Assembly: GCA_036677365.1 (NCBI GenBank)
Contig: JAVBWN010000020.1
Coordinates: forward strand, 1-36,027
Direction: 5' to 3'
Origin: Acholeplasma sp.
GTDB taxonomy: Bacteria; Bacillota_I; Bacilli_A; Acholeplasmatales; UBA5453
Length of the DNA stretch: 36,027 bases
Below are positions 18,465 to 28,117 of this stretch, one piece after another (positions within the stretch are counted from its first letter, which is position 1; the number at the start of each line of letters is the position of its first letter). The notes beneath the pieces are model-generated. The model had not been told where the DNA came from. It saw only the letters and a program-made list of their open reading frames with translations, and ran no database searches. Made by a program: the position numbers and the translations under genes.

Positions 18465-18491
18465 AAGCGCGTGAAAACGCGCTTTTCTTTT
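18465..18491 (+). terminator. Intrinsic terminator
   Basis: AAGCGCGT-GAAA-ACGCGCTT followed by TTCTTTT. Confidence 0.85.
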
Positions 18492-18575
18492 CTAAAAAAG
18501 TATAGAATTTTTATATTTTATATGTTATTATATTTTCGGTTATGTTAAAAATATAGCATATAAAGGGAGAAAATT

Positions 18576-19472
18576 ATGGCTACACTAAGAAAAATGACCG
18601 AGTTTGGAGCAACCCTCAAAGGCAACATTGCATATAAAGAAATAGAGGGTTATCAATTCAACTTTGTCGAAAATCAAATTGCGAATCAACATATTTTCAT
18701 GATTCCACTCGAAGCATCACAACAAAATATCACTGCTCTAAAAAACGATTTGAAAACCACATCGAAACACTTGAAATTGAGTGTCACACAATCCAACACA
18801 TCCATGGTTACCTTCCTATGGCAAGGCAATCTCAAAGGATTGAATCTTCAAACACTCAAAGATTACACAGAGGGTTTGGTTGCTGTTTTACATAAATTAT
18901 CGATTCAACCGCACACCGCTTGCCCATTTTGTGAACAAGGCGAACCAGATACCATTGTTACCATCAATGGAATAACAGTCAAAGGTCACGAAGCATGTAA
19001 ACAAAATGCAATTCAAGACATCGCGAATGCACCTGTAGAAGTTAAAAAGAACCCGTTTGCGAAATCTTTAGTGGGTGCGCTATTGGGTGCTGCTATTGGT
19101 GCGATTCCTTGGATTTTGGTAGACTTATTCGTCGGTTTCTTCGCTGCCATCCTTGGCGTATTGATTGGATACAGTGCATTTTATTTTTATAAGAAATTCG
19201 GTGGTGTCGTCGTCAACTATACCAAATATGTCATCATAGGTGTGACTTTATTGGGTGTTTTATTCGCGAACTTCGTCATCGCGACTTATGTCATTCTTAA
19301 TAATGATGGTGCCATCGTACTATCCAATTATGTGGTTGTCTATTCAGACCCTGAAATCGGACCAATACTATTCCAAAGTCTTGGTATTGGCTTAGTCATC
19401 AGCTTGTTTAGCCTACCAACCATTTTCAAAAAAGTTCAACAAGAAGAAGACACCAAAACTGTCATCGAATAA
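18576..19472 (+). CDS. Hypothetical membrane protein with a CxxC...HxxC putative Zn site
   Basis: CPFC-x18-HEAC followed by about 4 TM helices (GALLGAAIGAIPW...); RBS AAGGGAG. Confidence 0.7.
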   Translation: MATLRKMTEFGATLKGNIAYKEIEGYQFNFVENQIANQHIFMIPLEASQQNITALKNDLKTTSKHLKLSVTQSNTSMVTFLWQGNLKGLNLQTLKDYTEGLVAVLHKLSIQPHTACPFCEQGEPDTIVTINGITVKGHEACKQNAIQDIANAPVEVKKNPFAKSLVGALLGAAIGAIPWILVDLFVGFFAAILGVLIGYSAFYFYKKFGGVVVNYTKYVIIGVTLLGVLFANFVIATYVILNNDGAIVLSNYVVVYSDPEIGPILFQSLGIGLVISLFSLPTIFKKVQQEEDTKTVIE

Positions 19473-19495
19473 AAACGTTTTCACTACAAAATCGC

Positions 19496-19523
19496 TTGCA
19501 CATCTGAAAAAAAGTTCTATAAT
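19496..19523 (+). promoter_or_regulatory. Promoter of the T-box leader
   Basis: TTGCAC, 16 bp, TATAAT just upstream of the leader. Confidence 0.6.
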
Positions 19524-19531
19524 TATGAATC

Positions 19532-19760
19532 AAGCGATGAACAAGAGTAGTAATTGGCAAGTAACAGCCTAAGAGAACCAGTGGTTGGTGTGAACTGGTG
19601 CGTTATCCAATGAACGTGCTTGGGAGCTTTTAAATCGAAGTCTTGAGGTTTAAACGTAAGTCGGCGTTAACGATATGAGGGCTAGAGTTTTTTTAAGATT
19701 CTAGAACTAAGGTGGTACCGCGATATTTCGTCCTTAGCATACATTGCTAGGGACTTTTTT
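19532..19760 (+). ncRNA. T-box riboswitch, Arg specifier (CGU)
   Basis: GA motif, AGUA, AGAGA (19572-76), GGUG loop, GAA-CGU-G specifier (19615-17), GCGUUA, T-box AAGGTGGTACCGCG (19709-22), terminator GTCCTTAGCA...TGCTAGGGAC-TTTTTT. Confidence 0.92.
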
Positions 19761-19769
19761 ATTTAAAAA

Positions 19770-19900
19770 GTACCTTAAAACCCAAGAAAGATTTGAACGT
19801 ATACCGGCGTTAACGGGTCGAGTGTTGGAGTTTTCCAGAATCAAGGTGGCACCGCGGTTTATCCGTCCTTGGCAAATAAAAAATCTTTTTCACAGGAGGA
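19770..19900 (+). ncRNA. Second, partial T-box module (no canonical Stem I, no intrinsic terminator)
   Basis: TTTGAACGTATACCGGCGTTAACG parallels TTTAAACGTAAGTCGGCGTTAACG of the first leader; T-box AAGGTGGCACCGCG (19843-56) with antiterminator partner CGTCCTT. Confidence 0.75.
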
Positions 19901-19905
19901 AAATT

Positions 19906-20706
19906 ATGAAAAAGGGATTATTTATCACAGCTTTACTATTATTTGTAGGGATTTTGAGCGGATGCAGCACATCCTCCAATATTTATACCTACATCCTTGA
20001 TGATTCTTTTGAAGGATTCATCACTTTAGGAACATCGGCGGACTACCCACCGTATGAGTGGCCAAAACAAGTCGATGGTAAAAACACTTTGGTTGGAATC
20101 GATATTGAAATCGCCAAAGAGATTGCGAAAGCATTAGGCAAGAACTTAAAAGTTGTCAATAAAGGGTTTGACTTTTTGTTGGATGACTTAGAAAATGGAA
20201 AAGTGGATTTCGTTTTGGCAGGTATGACACCGACCGAAGAACGTGCACAACAAGTCGATTTTTCAATGGTATATTATGAAGCAACCCAAGTGATTCTCAT
20301 TCAAAAGTCAATGGTAAATACCTATACCTCAATCGCAGCTTTAGATCAAGCCAGCATTCGTATTGGGGCACAAATGGGTTCCATTCAACAAGATTTGGCG
20401 AATGATACATTCTCTGTTGCTCAAAAATCATTTATACAATCCATTCCTGATTTGGTCATGAGATTGATGGATGGACAAGTGAATGCGGTCATCATGGAAA
20501 AGCCAGTGGCGGATGGGTACATTATAAATCAAACTTCACTCGCGATTGCATCCATTCAAATTGGCGACCCTGATGGTGGGTCTGCAGTAGCTGTTCAAAA
20601 AGGCAATGTGGAACTCTTGAAAGTCATCAATGCTGTATTAACCGACTTGATTGAATCCGGTAAAATGGATCAAATCGTTGCGGATGCCATCATCCTCAAT
20701 AGTTGA
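19906..20706 (+). CDS. Polar amino-acid (probably arginine) ABC transporter substrate-binding lipoprotein
   Basis: Lipobox LSG-C, GTSADYPPYE, GIDIEIAKEIAK, AGMTPTEER; start ATG 19906 after AGGAGG; Arg inferred from the T-box specifier. Confidence 0.88.
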   Translation: MKKGLFITALLLFVGILSGCSTSSNIYTYILDDSFEGFITLGTSADYPPYEWPKQVDGKNTLVGIDIEIAKEIAKALGKNLKVVNKGFDFLLDDLENGKVDFVLAGMTPTEERAQQVDFSMVYYEATQVILIQKSMVNTYTSIAALDQASIRIGAQMGSIQQDLANDTFSVAQKSFIQSIPDLVMRLMDGQVNAVIMEKPVADGYIINQTSLAIASIQIGDPDGGSAVAVQKGNVELLKVINAVLTDLIESGKMDQIVADAIILNS

Positions 20707-20708
20707 CC

Positions 20709-21386
20709 ATGAATTTCAGTTTCATTTTTGATCCCTATTATTTAGGGCTACTCTTCAGTGGTTTAGCGATGACACTCATCTTAGCGGTGATTTCTGTCAT
20801 CTTGGGGTCAATGTTGGGATTGATTCCAGCATTGTTACGTCTTTCAACCAAAAAAACACTCCAATATGTGGGGACCACTTATGTTGAAATCATCCGTGGG
20901 ACACCTTTATTGGTTCAAGTGTTATTGATATATTCATTCATTAAACTGCCTGTCACGTTGTTTTTAGGCATTGATTTATCCTCGTTTGTGCCGGGGATGC
21001 TGGCATTGCTCATCAATTCATCGGCTTATGTATCCGAAATCATCCGTGGAGGGATTTTATCGGTTGACCGTGGTCAAACCGAAGCCGCGCTCAGTTTAGG
21101 GTTTTCTAAATCCAAAACGATGCGCGTGGTCATTCTTCCCCAAGCCATCAAACACATCATTCCAGCTTTAGGCAATGAATTTGTTACGATGATCAAAGAA
21201 ACCTCGATTTTCATGTACTTAGGGATTGCTGAACTCATGTACATGGCCTCGATGGTAAAAGCAGGCACGTATGCCGTCAAAGAGACATATATTGTGGTTG
21301 CCGTTCTTTATTTTGCACTCACGTTTCCAACCGCGAAACTGATGGGTGCCCTTGAAAGGAGACTCAAGAAATCCGATGCCAAATAG
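20709..21386 (+). CDS. Amino-acid ABC transporter permease (HisM/GlnP type)
   Basis: [35 protein letters not shown] (EAA loop), LGNEF..IKETS. Confidence 0.92.
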   Translation: MNFSFIFDPYYLGLLFSGLAMTLILAVISVILGSMLGLIPALLRLSTKKTLQYVGTTYVEIIRGTPLLVQVLLIYSFIKLPVTLFLGIDLSSFVPGMLALLINSSAYVSEIIRGGILSVDRGQTEAALSLGFSKSKTMRVVILPQAIKHIIPALGNEFVTMIKETSIFMYLGIAELMYMASMVKAGTYAVKETYIVVAVLYFALTFPTAKLMGALERRLKKSDAK

Positions 21387-22122
21387 TTTATTTAAAATCG
21401 ATCATCTATCCAAAGTATTTTCAGATGGTACCGTCGCGATTGACGACGTTTCCCTAGAATTAAAAAAGAACCAAGTGTATGTCATCATTGGGCCGTCTGG
21501 GTCTGGTAAATCTACATTATTGAGAACCTTAAACTTGATGGAAAAACCAACCCATGGACACATATTCAAAGACGATCAAGACATCACTTTAAAGTCTTAC
21601 CCGATTGAAAAACACCGTGAACGTGTGGGCATGGTTTTTCAAAACTTTAACCTGTTCCCACACATGACGGTGCTAGATAATATCAACAGTGCACAAATCC
21701 ACGTCTTAAAAAGAGACATCCAAGCAGCGACACAAGTATCTTTAGGCTTGCTAGAACAAGTCGGCTTACTTGAAAAGAAAAATCATTACCCCAACCAACT
21801 CTCTGGGGGACAAAAACAACGTATCGCGATTGCAAGAGCGTTATCCATGCACCCAGAAGTGATGTTGTTTGATGAACCTACCTCCGCACTAGACCCAGAA
21901 ATGATTGGCGAAGTCCTTTCAGTCATGAAAAACTTAGTCCATTCTGGGATGACGATGATCGTCGTGACCCATGAAATGGGGTTTGCGAAAGCATTCGCCG
22001 ATGAAATCATTGTGATGGATAAAGGTAAAGTCATCGAACAAGGCACCCCTGAGGTTATTTTCAATACCCCGAAAGAACCTAGAACTGCAGCTTTTTTGAA
22101 AAGTGTCCTAAATCCGTTATAA
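21376..22122 (+). CDS. Amino-acid ABC transporter ATP-binding protein (GlnQ type)
   Basis: [38 protein letters not shown]. Confidence 0.93.
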   Translation: MPNSLFKIDHLSKVFSDGTVAIDDVSLELKKNQVYVIIGPSGSGKSTLLRTLNLMEKPTHGHIFKDDQDITLKSYPIEKHRERVGMVFQNFNLFPHMTVLDNINSAQIHVLKRDIQAATQVSLGLLEQVGLLEKKNHYPNQLSGGQKQRIAIARALSMHPEVMLFDEPTSALDPEMIGEVLSVMKNLVHSGMTMIVVTHEMGFAKAFADEIIVMDKGKVIEQGTPEVIFNTPKEPRTAAFLKSVLNPL

Positions 22123-22148
22123 TGGTATGTGGACAAGGAGGTATGTCG

Positions 22149-22847
22149 ATGAAGATTCTATTCGCACCGGCCAAAAGTTTTCGTGAAGCCATACCACACC
22201 ATCACGACATAAATACCCATAAATCAACGCTACAATTGGTCAAAACCATCTCTAAATGGTCAAAAACCAACCTATCTAAAAAGTTCAAACTCAGTGATGA
22301 TCTTACAGAAGAAGTGTATGGGTTTTACAAAAACTTTGTTAAGAATCCAAGTTATGTCGCCATCGATTATTATTATGGTGAATCCTTTAAAGCACTCAAT
22401 ACCGACACATTGGATGAAGGTTTTAGACAATTTATGCATGATCATGTTTACATCATCGATGCGCTTTATGGTGTGATTCGTCCACTGGATTTGATCAAAC
22501 CTTACAGACTAGACTTTACAATTTCAGGGTTAGATTTGAATACCCAGTGGGTCTCACTGTTTGAGGAAAAGTTCAAAGGAGAGATTGAACCCATCCTCAG
22601 TTTGGCCAGTGATGAGTTTACATCTAAAATTACACCTATCGCACCAGTTTATGAAGTGCATTTTATCGATTGTAAAGCCGGTAAATGTAAAGCCATTTCG
22701 GTCTTCAATAAACAACAACGTGGGGCTTTACTGCGTCATATTGTATTGAATAAAATCCAAAGTATTGCAGATTTACCTATGGTTTTTAACGGTTATCAAC
22801 TGCGTATTGAAGGGTTTCAATTGACCTATCAAAAATCAATCGATTAA
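22149..22847 (+). CDS. yaaA: YaaA-family peroxide stress protein
   Basis: [48 protein letters not shown] 7 nt before ATG 22149. Confidence 0.8.
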   Translation: MKILFAPAKSFREAIPHHHDINTHKSTLQLVKTISKWSKTNLSKKFKLSDDLTEEVYGFYKNFVKNPSYVAIDYYYGESFKALNTDTLDEGFRQFMHDHVYIIDALYGVIRPLDLIKPYRLDFTISGLDLNTQWVSLFEEKFKGEIEPILSLASDEFTSKITPIAPVYEVHFIDCKAGKCKAISVFNKQQRGALLRHIVLNKIQSIADLPMVFNGYQLRIEGFQLTYQKSID

Positions 22848-24011
22848 CGTTTCACCCAAAAATCTCGCAATTTGTTTGACATCCTTGTCTCCTCGACCTG
22901 AAAGGTTGATGACGAGGATGTTTTCTTTTGGTAAAGTAGGTGCGAGTTTCATTGCGTAAGCCACAGCGTGTGACGATTCAATCGCTGGGATGATGCCTTC
23001 GGTTTTGGTGAGTAACATGAACGCATCGACCGCTTCTTGATCAGTCGCTGCGACATATTGAACTCGATTAATGGATTCTAAGTAACTATGTTCTGGGCCG
23101 ACACCAGGGTAATCTAACCCAGCTGAAATGGAATAAACTTCACTGATGGACCCATCGTCATCCAATAATACCTTGGTTTGCATCCCATGGATGATGCCGG
23201 TTTTCCCTAAAGTCATGGTTGCGGCGTGACGTTTGGTATCGATACCATCGCCAGCGGCTTCCACGCCAATCAGTTTAACAGACGGGTTTTGAATGAAATC
23301 ATAGAATGCTCCGATGGCGTTGGATCCACCTCCCACACATGCAATGACATAATCGGGTAAGCGTTGTTCTTTGGCTTGTAATTGGGCTTTGATTTCTTCA
23401 CCAATGACTTTTTGAAACGCTCTAACCATGATTGGGTAGGGGTGTGGACCTACCGCAGAACCGATCAAGTAAAAGGTGGTTTCAAGTTCATTAGCCCAAG
23501 TGATTAAAGCACTATCGACGGCTTCTTTAAGGGTTTTTAAGCCTTCTTCAACGACAACCACTTTAGCCCCAAGCATCTTCATACGATACACATTTAAACT
23601 TTGTTTTTCAACATCGACGGCACCCATATGGATTTCACAATCCATCCCCATCAGTGCAGCTACTGTCGCTGTAGCTACGCCGTGTTGGCCAGCCCCTGTT
23701 TCTGCGATGAGTTTTTTTATGCCCATGCGCTTAGCCAACAACGCTTGACCCAGCACATTATTAATTTTGTGAGCACCTGTGTGGTTTAAGTCTTCGCGTT
23801 TTAAGAAAATTCTCGCACCACCCAAGTGCTCTGTCAGTCTTTTTGCTTCATATAATAATGAAGGTCTTCCAACATATTCTTTTAAGTACTGTCTGTACTC
23901 CTCTAAAAAGGATGGGTCTTTCATCGCTTCTTCATACGCTTTTTCTACTTTTTTGACCGCATCCAAAATCTTCCCGGGAACAAATTGTCCACCAAAACTA
24001 CCAAATTCCAT
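22836..24011 (-). CDS. trpB: Tryptophan synthase beta subunit (stand-alone)
   Basis: [26 protein letters not shown] (PLP Lys), [42 protein letters not shown]. Confidence 0.96.
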   Translation of the reverse strand: MEFGSFGGQFVPGKILDAVKKVEKAYEEAMKDPSFLEEYRQYLKEYVGRPSLLYEAKRLTEHLGGARIFLKREDLNHTGAHKINNVLGQALLAKRMGIKKLIAETGAGQHGVATATVAALMGMDCEIHMGAVDVEKQSLNVYRMKMLGAKVVVVEEGLKTLKEAVDSALITWANELETTFYLIGSAVGPHPYPIMVRAFQKVIGEEIKAQLQAKEQRLPDYVIACVGGGSNAIGAFYDFIQNPSVKLIGVEAAGDGIDTKRHAATMTLGKTGIIHGMQTKVLLDDDGSISEVYSISAGLDYPGVGPEHSYLESINRVQYVAATDQEAVDAFMLLTKTEGIIPAIESSHAVAYAMKLAPTLPKENILVINLSGRGDKDVKQIARFLGETLID

Positions 24012-24054
24012 TATAGACCTTTCCTTAAAGTCTAGAGTATTTGTATTTAGGTAT

Positions 24055-24312
24055 AAAAAAAGAGCACTCGTTGTATTGGGACGAAGTGCTCGTGGTACCA
24101 CCCAAATTTGAGAATGATATTCTCCTTATTACAAAATACGCCATCATTGAAGACTTTAATATTTTTGCCTGATAACGTGGGCTACGGCATCGGATACTCT
24201 GATTTCCCCTAGCTTCTCATGAGTCCATTCATCCAGTTAGTCGGTATATGCATCTTTCACCATCATGCACTCGCTAAATACGTTTACCTGAATTACTCAT
24301 CTCAATCTTCGA
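24055..24312 (-). ncRNA. T-box riboswitch, Trp specifier (UGG)
   Basis: Minus strand: AGUA, AGCGA, GGUG loop, GAA-UGG-A specifier (24225-27), CGUUA, T-box GGGTGGTACCACG (24091-24103), terminator GAGCACTTCG...CGAGTGCTC-TTTTTT. Confidence 0.92.
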
Positions 24313-24322
24313 ATTTAATCTC

Positions 24323-24351
24323 ATTATACGGATTATCAAAATCAAAATCAA
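24323..24351 (-). promoter_or_regulatory. Promoter of the trpB leader
   Basis: Minus strand TTGATT, 17 bp, TATAAT. Confidence 0.6.
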
Positions 24352-24422
24352 GTCAATTTTACACGAATTTTGGATGATATTTATATCATGTTTTGTATAA
24401 TGGTTGTATGAGGGGTGAGCTT

Positions 24423-25166
24423 ATGTCAAAAGCATTTCTATTCTTACAACAATTAGGACAATCCTTAGAAAAGGATCCAAACGTTTCATGTTTATTGGGT
24501 TTGGGGAGTATGTCTGAAATCAGTCGTATGGATGATTATTCAGATATGGATTTCTTTTTAATCGTTGAAACAGGACATAAACAAGCCTATATCGATGATT
24601 TATCCTGGTTGGCGATTAAACCGATGGTGTTCCAATTTAAGAATACCAAAGATGGACATAAAGTATTGTTTGATGACGATGTGTTCGCTGAGTTTGCTGT
24701 ATTTGAAAAAGAAGAATTACCGGAGATTGCTTTTACAGCAGGTAAAATAATTTATGCCAAAAAGGGATTTGATGTATCCTGGGTAATACCTAAAAAGGTA
24801 CCTCAAATCAAAAAAAGATCGGTAGATTTTTTAGTGAATGAAGCACTCACCAACCTTTATATCGGTTTGAAACGTGACCACCGCGGTGAAACTGCATCAG
24901 CATTCAGTTTCATACAAGTTTACGCCGCTTCATTGATTATTGAGTTATTTCAAGAAATATACCCATCTAAACCGGCATTGATTGATCCATTTGTTTTTGA
25001 AAGACGAATCGAAAATCGCTTTACAGAAGCATTTGACGTTTTATCGAAAATCAAACAAGGCTACCTAAACAACAAAGCATCCGCTCAGGCTGCACTTCAG
25101 TTTTTAAATGCGCATTTCAATGTCAATCCAGCGATGTTTCAAACCATTCTAGACTTGTGTGATTAA
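24423..25166 (+). CDS. Pol-beta superfamily nucleotidyltransferase-like protein (LinB/ANT(6)-like architecture)
   Basis: LGLGS...DDYSDMDF motif followed by a helical C-terminal domain; start ATG 24423 after GAGGGG. Confidence 0.6.
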   Translation: MSKAFLFLQQLGQSLEKDPNVSCLLGLGSMSEISRMDDYSDMDFFLIVETGHKQAYIDDLSWLAIKPMVFQFKNTKDGHKVLFDDDVFAEFAVFEKEELPEIAFTAGKIIYAKKGFDVSWVIPKKVPQIKKRSVDFLVNEALTNLYIGLKRDHRGETASAFSFIQVYAASLIIELFQEIYPSKPALIDPFVFERRIENRFTEAFDVLSKIKQGYLNNKASAQAALQFLNAHFNVNPAMFQTILDLCD

Positions 25167-25257
25167 GGGGTATTTTTGATAAAAAAAGCATCCATGGACA
25201 TAGATGTTATGGTCTTTGATATAATGAAAATACATACAAAAAAAGGAGCTATCAACT

Positions 25258-25725
25258 ATGTTAAGTCTTGTACTACAAAAACAAAAATCACCTAAATTCA
25301 TTCTTTCCTTTCTGATTTACACCGTATTTTTCATCATTATTTATTTTCTTTTAGACACCTTAAATGGTGGCTATTTTGACATGGAACGCGATTATGGCTT
25401 GTATTTGGTTTATACCAATATCGCACTCAATATTGTGATGTCGGTGATGTCTGCAGTCATGTTTAATTTATCGAGTGCGCTCGTGGACTTAACCAAAAAA
25501 GAAGGTAAAGGCACTTTTATGACCATGTTTTCTGTATTGTTTGGCGTGCTAACCTATGGGTGTACTTCCTGTGTGATTGCTTTCTTCGCGGTGGTCGGAA
25601 TTACTTTTTCAGTGGCTGTATTACCACTGGCTGGTCTACCATACAAACTCATTTCAATGGCTTTATTGATCTTAGGTTTCTTTTGGTTATTGCGAGAGAT
25701 TAAAAGAAGTCAATGTAAATTATAA
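25258..25725 (+). CDS. Small membrane protein with an intramembrane CxxC (GCTSC)
   Basis: About 4 hydrophobic helices; RBS AAGGAG. Confidence 0.7.
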   Translation: MLSLVLQKQKSPKFILSFLIYTVFFIIIYFLLDTLNGGYFDMERDYGLYLVYTNIALNIVMSVMSAVMFNLSSALVDLTKKEGKGTFMTMFSVLFGVLTYGCTSCVIAFFAVVGITFSVAVLPLAGLPYKLISMALLILGFFWLLREIKRSQCKL

Positions 25726-25760
25726 ATAGTAGTATAATATAACCATAAGGAGGCGATGCT

Positions 25761-26876
25761 ATGCAACTGTATTATCAAACCGACGTCAGTTTTATAACCG
25801 CCTTTTTATTGATGTTGATATCGGTCATCGCCTATTTTCGCTTGAATCGGAAGGACCCGGTCTCCATTGGATACTTAGTGACTTCATGGATCATTGTGTT
25901 CATTTTACTCATTGAAGCTTACACCATCATCATCGATGGTCAAAATGACCCTACCTCTGTGTTTCTAGCCATTTGGTTAAATACCGTATTGTTCGCTGTG
26001 GGTCCAATTTTGACTTTATCCTGGTTTTATCTCATCCGTTCGATGTTCGCGCCTAACCTTAAGAAAAACAGTTGGGTGCACTACTTATTGTTTTTTCCCC
26101 AAATCATCAACCTCATGGTGGTCATTACCAACCCTTGGACCCATTTTATTTTTGATGTGATTGATGGACAATACGTCAGAAACTCAGGTTATCCAATCGT
26201 CACGATTGCTACCTATGTTTATGTCTTATTTTCACTGATTGTGGTTATACAAAACCGTAAAGCCATTATGAAACAAGACAAGATTTTATTGTTGGTTTCC
26301 ACAACCTTACCGATGGTGGGTGGGGCAATTCAAGGGTCTTATTATGGTATTTTAACCATCTGGCCAAGTGTGGCTTTCGCACTGATTTTGATGTATCTAT
26401 TCTTACAACAACGAGTCATTCATCTGGATTATTTAACTGGGGCTTGGACCCGTGAAACATTCTTTTTACATATCAATCGTTTGGCTAAAAAACAAAGCGA
26501 TGAACCCGTGAATGCCTTATACTTTGACTTAGACCATCTCAAAGAAATCAACGACAATTATGGACATAAAGCAGGCGATCTCGCCCTCAAGAAAGTGGTT
26601 GAAATCGTTAACTCCGTTTTGAATAGTCACGATATCCTTGCCCGTTTGGGTGGCGATGAATTCATTGTTTTATTGAAGGACCGACCTGGCCTTGATTTGA
26701 AAACAATGATTTTAGAGATTCAAACCCAAATTTCACAATTTAATCGTGAAAAACATTTGGAGTATGAACTGGGTTTGTCGATTGGCTATGGTCGATTTGA
26801 TGACAATTATGAACAATTCGATAAGTTTATGAATCATATCGACCAAATGATGTATAAACAAAAACATAAAAAGTGA
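25761..26876 (+). CDS. Membrane-bound diguanylate cyclase (GGDEF)
   Basis: About 7 TM helices, DYLTG, DLDHLKEINDNYGHKAGD, RLGGDEF. Confidence 0.9.
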   Translation: MQLYYQTDVSFITAFLLMLISVIAYFRLNRKDPVSIGYLVTSWIIVFILLIEAYTIIIDGQNDPTSVFLAIWLNTVLFAVGPILTLSWFYLIRSMFAPNLKKNSWVHYLLFFPQIINLMVVITNPWTHFIFDVIDGQYVRNSGYPIVTIATYVYVLFSLIVVIQNRKAIMKQDKILLLVSTTLPMVGGAIQGSYYGILTIWPSVAFALILMYLFLQQRVIHLDYLTGAWTRETFFLHINRLAKKQSDEPVNALYFDLDHLKEINDNYGHKAGDLALKKVVEIVNSVLNSHDILARLGGDEFIVLLKDRPGLDLKTMILEIQTQISQFNREKHLEYELGLSIGYGRFDDNYEQFDKFMNHIDQMMYKQKHKK

Positions 26877-26879
26877 AAC

Positions 26880-26904
26880 AAGTCCGAAATTAAGGACTTT
26901 TTTT
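26880..26904 (+). terminator. Intrinsic terminator
   Basis: AAGTCC-GAAATTAA-GGACTT followed by a T-run. Confidence 0.6.
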
Positions 26905-26984
26905 CATTATAAATAATATAAACTATTTTTTTCTTATGAAATGTGCTAAAATCCTTATACGTACTTATAGTAAAGGGGGATAAC

Positions 26985-28091
26985 ATGAATAAATCCCTTC
27001 AAGATGAAATCAAGGCAAGCTATATCCATAAAAATGCCGATAACCTAGCGAAAGATTCCCTTGAAAATTTAAGAATGGTCTCTTTAGTATCGCTAGCCAT
27101 CAGCGGTATTTTTACTGTTTTAACATTCTCGTTTTACCCTGAAAATACGCTGGTTTATGCAAGTTTATTATATATCTATCTCATGTTAATCACGTTTGCT
27201 TATTTGACCAATCAAATGTTAAAAACAGGTAAAATTAAACCGAAGAAAGTATATCGCATGACTTTAGAGTTTTTAGGGATGATGTCTTTAGGTTTGATAT
27301 TCATCAGCATTTACGTCATCAATGACTTTTTAGCGATATTCTTCATTTTATTTTTGGTTTTATACCCAACATTATTTTTGTTAAAAGAAGTTCATATGGT
27401 GGTATTTTTGGTCAGTTCAGGGATTGTTTTTCTAATCGCTTCTTACTTTAATCCAAGTCGACCGTTGTCGGTGTTTTACATCGATTTATATTTAATATCT
27501 ACAGGGTTGTTGATCGGTGTACCCATCAACTGGATGGTGCTTAAATTACGACGAAAAGAGTTGTATATGAAAGAACTCTTTGTCGCTTACAGCCACTTGG
27601 ATGAACTCACCAAATTACCCAACCGTCGTGCCTTTAATTTGCATATTGAAAAAGTGTTCAATCACAATAAATCAAATGAAATCCCACTGGGGGTTGCGTT
27701 GATCGACATCGATGATTTTAAGCTTTATAATGACCATTATGGTCACCTTGAAGGGGATGTCATCCTAGAAAAACTCGGTAATATCATTCAAAATCAAGTC
27801 AAATCTGATACGTTTTTTGCCAGATTTGGTGGTGAAGAGTTCATAGGTGTATTTACCAATCAGTCCATTGAAAGTATTTTGGAAGTGCTTTATAACATCA
27901 AAAAAGATTTGGATAAATTGAACATAATCAATGCCATAACGACACAAAAATTATCGGTTTCGATAGGCATATGCAATGAAACAAATCTCACCAACACCAA
28001 TTACATGAAAGTGATTGATAACGCCGATATCGCGTTATATAAGTCTAAAATTTATGGTAAAGATAAAATCGAAATTTATACAGAAGAATAG
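26985..28091 (+). CDS. Membrane-bound diguanylate cyclase (GGEEF)
   Basis: Multiple TM helices, DELTKLPNRR, DIDDFKLYNDHYGHLEGD, RFGGEEF, ADIALY; start ATG 26985 after AAGGGGG. Confidence 0.9.
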   Translation: MNKSLQDEIKASYIHKNADNLAKDSLENLRMVSLVSLAISGIFTVLTFSFYPENTLVYASLLYIYLMLITFAYLTNQMLKTGKIKPKKVYRMTLEFLGMMSLGLIFISIYVINDFLAIFFILFLVLYPTLFLLKEVHMVVFLVSSGIVFLIASYFNPSRPLSVFYIDLYLISTGLLIGVPINWMVLKLRRKELYMKELFVAYSHLDELTKLPNRRAFNLHIEKVFNHNKSNEIPLGVALIDIDDFKLYNDHYGHLEGDVILEKLGNIIQNQVKSDTFFARFGGEEFIGVFTNQSIESILEVLYNIKKDLDKLNIINAITTQKLSVSIGICNETNLTNTNYMKVIDNADIALYKSKIYGKDKIEIYTEE

Positions 28092-28116
28092 CGCATCCTT
28101 AAAAAGATGCGCTATT
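28087..28116. terminator. Hairpin terminator between convergent genes
   Basis: AATAGCGCATC...GATGCGCTATT perfect 11-bp arms. Confidence 0.75.
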
Positions 28117-28117
28117 G

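Noticed and set aside
19744..19905. 54-aa N-terminal extension of the ABC binding protein (contains several Arg, so superficially a leader peptide)
   Set aside because: It runs through the T-box terminator and second module with no RBS; the true start is ATG 19906 with AGGAGG and a signal peptide.
24012..24101. N-terminal extension of trpB in the ORF track
   Set aside because: It lies within the T-box antiterminator/terminator; the conserved TrpB start is at 24011.
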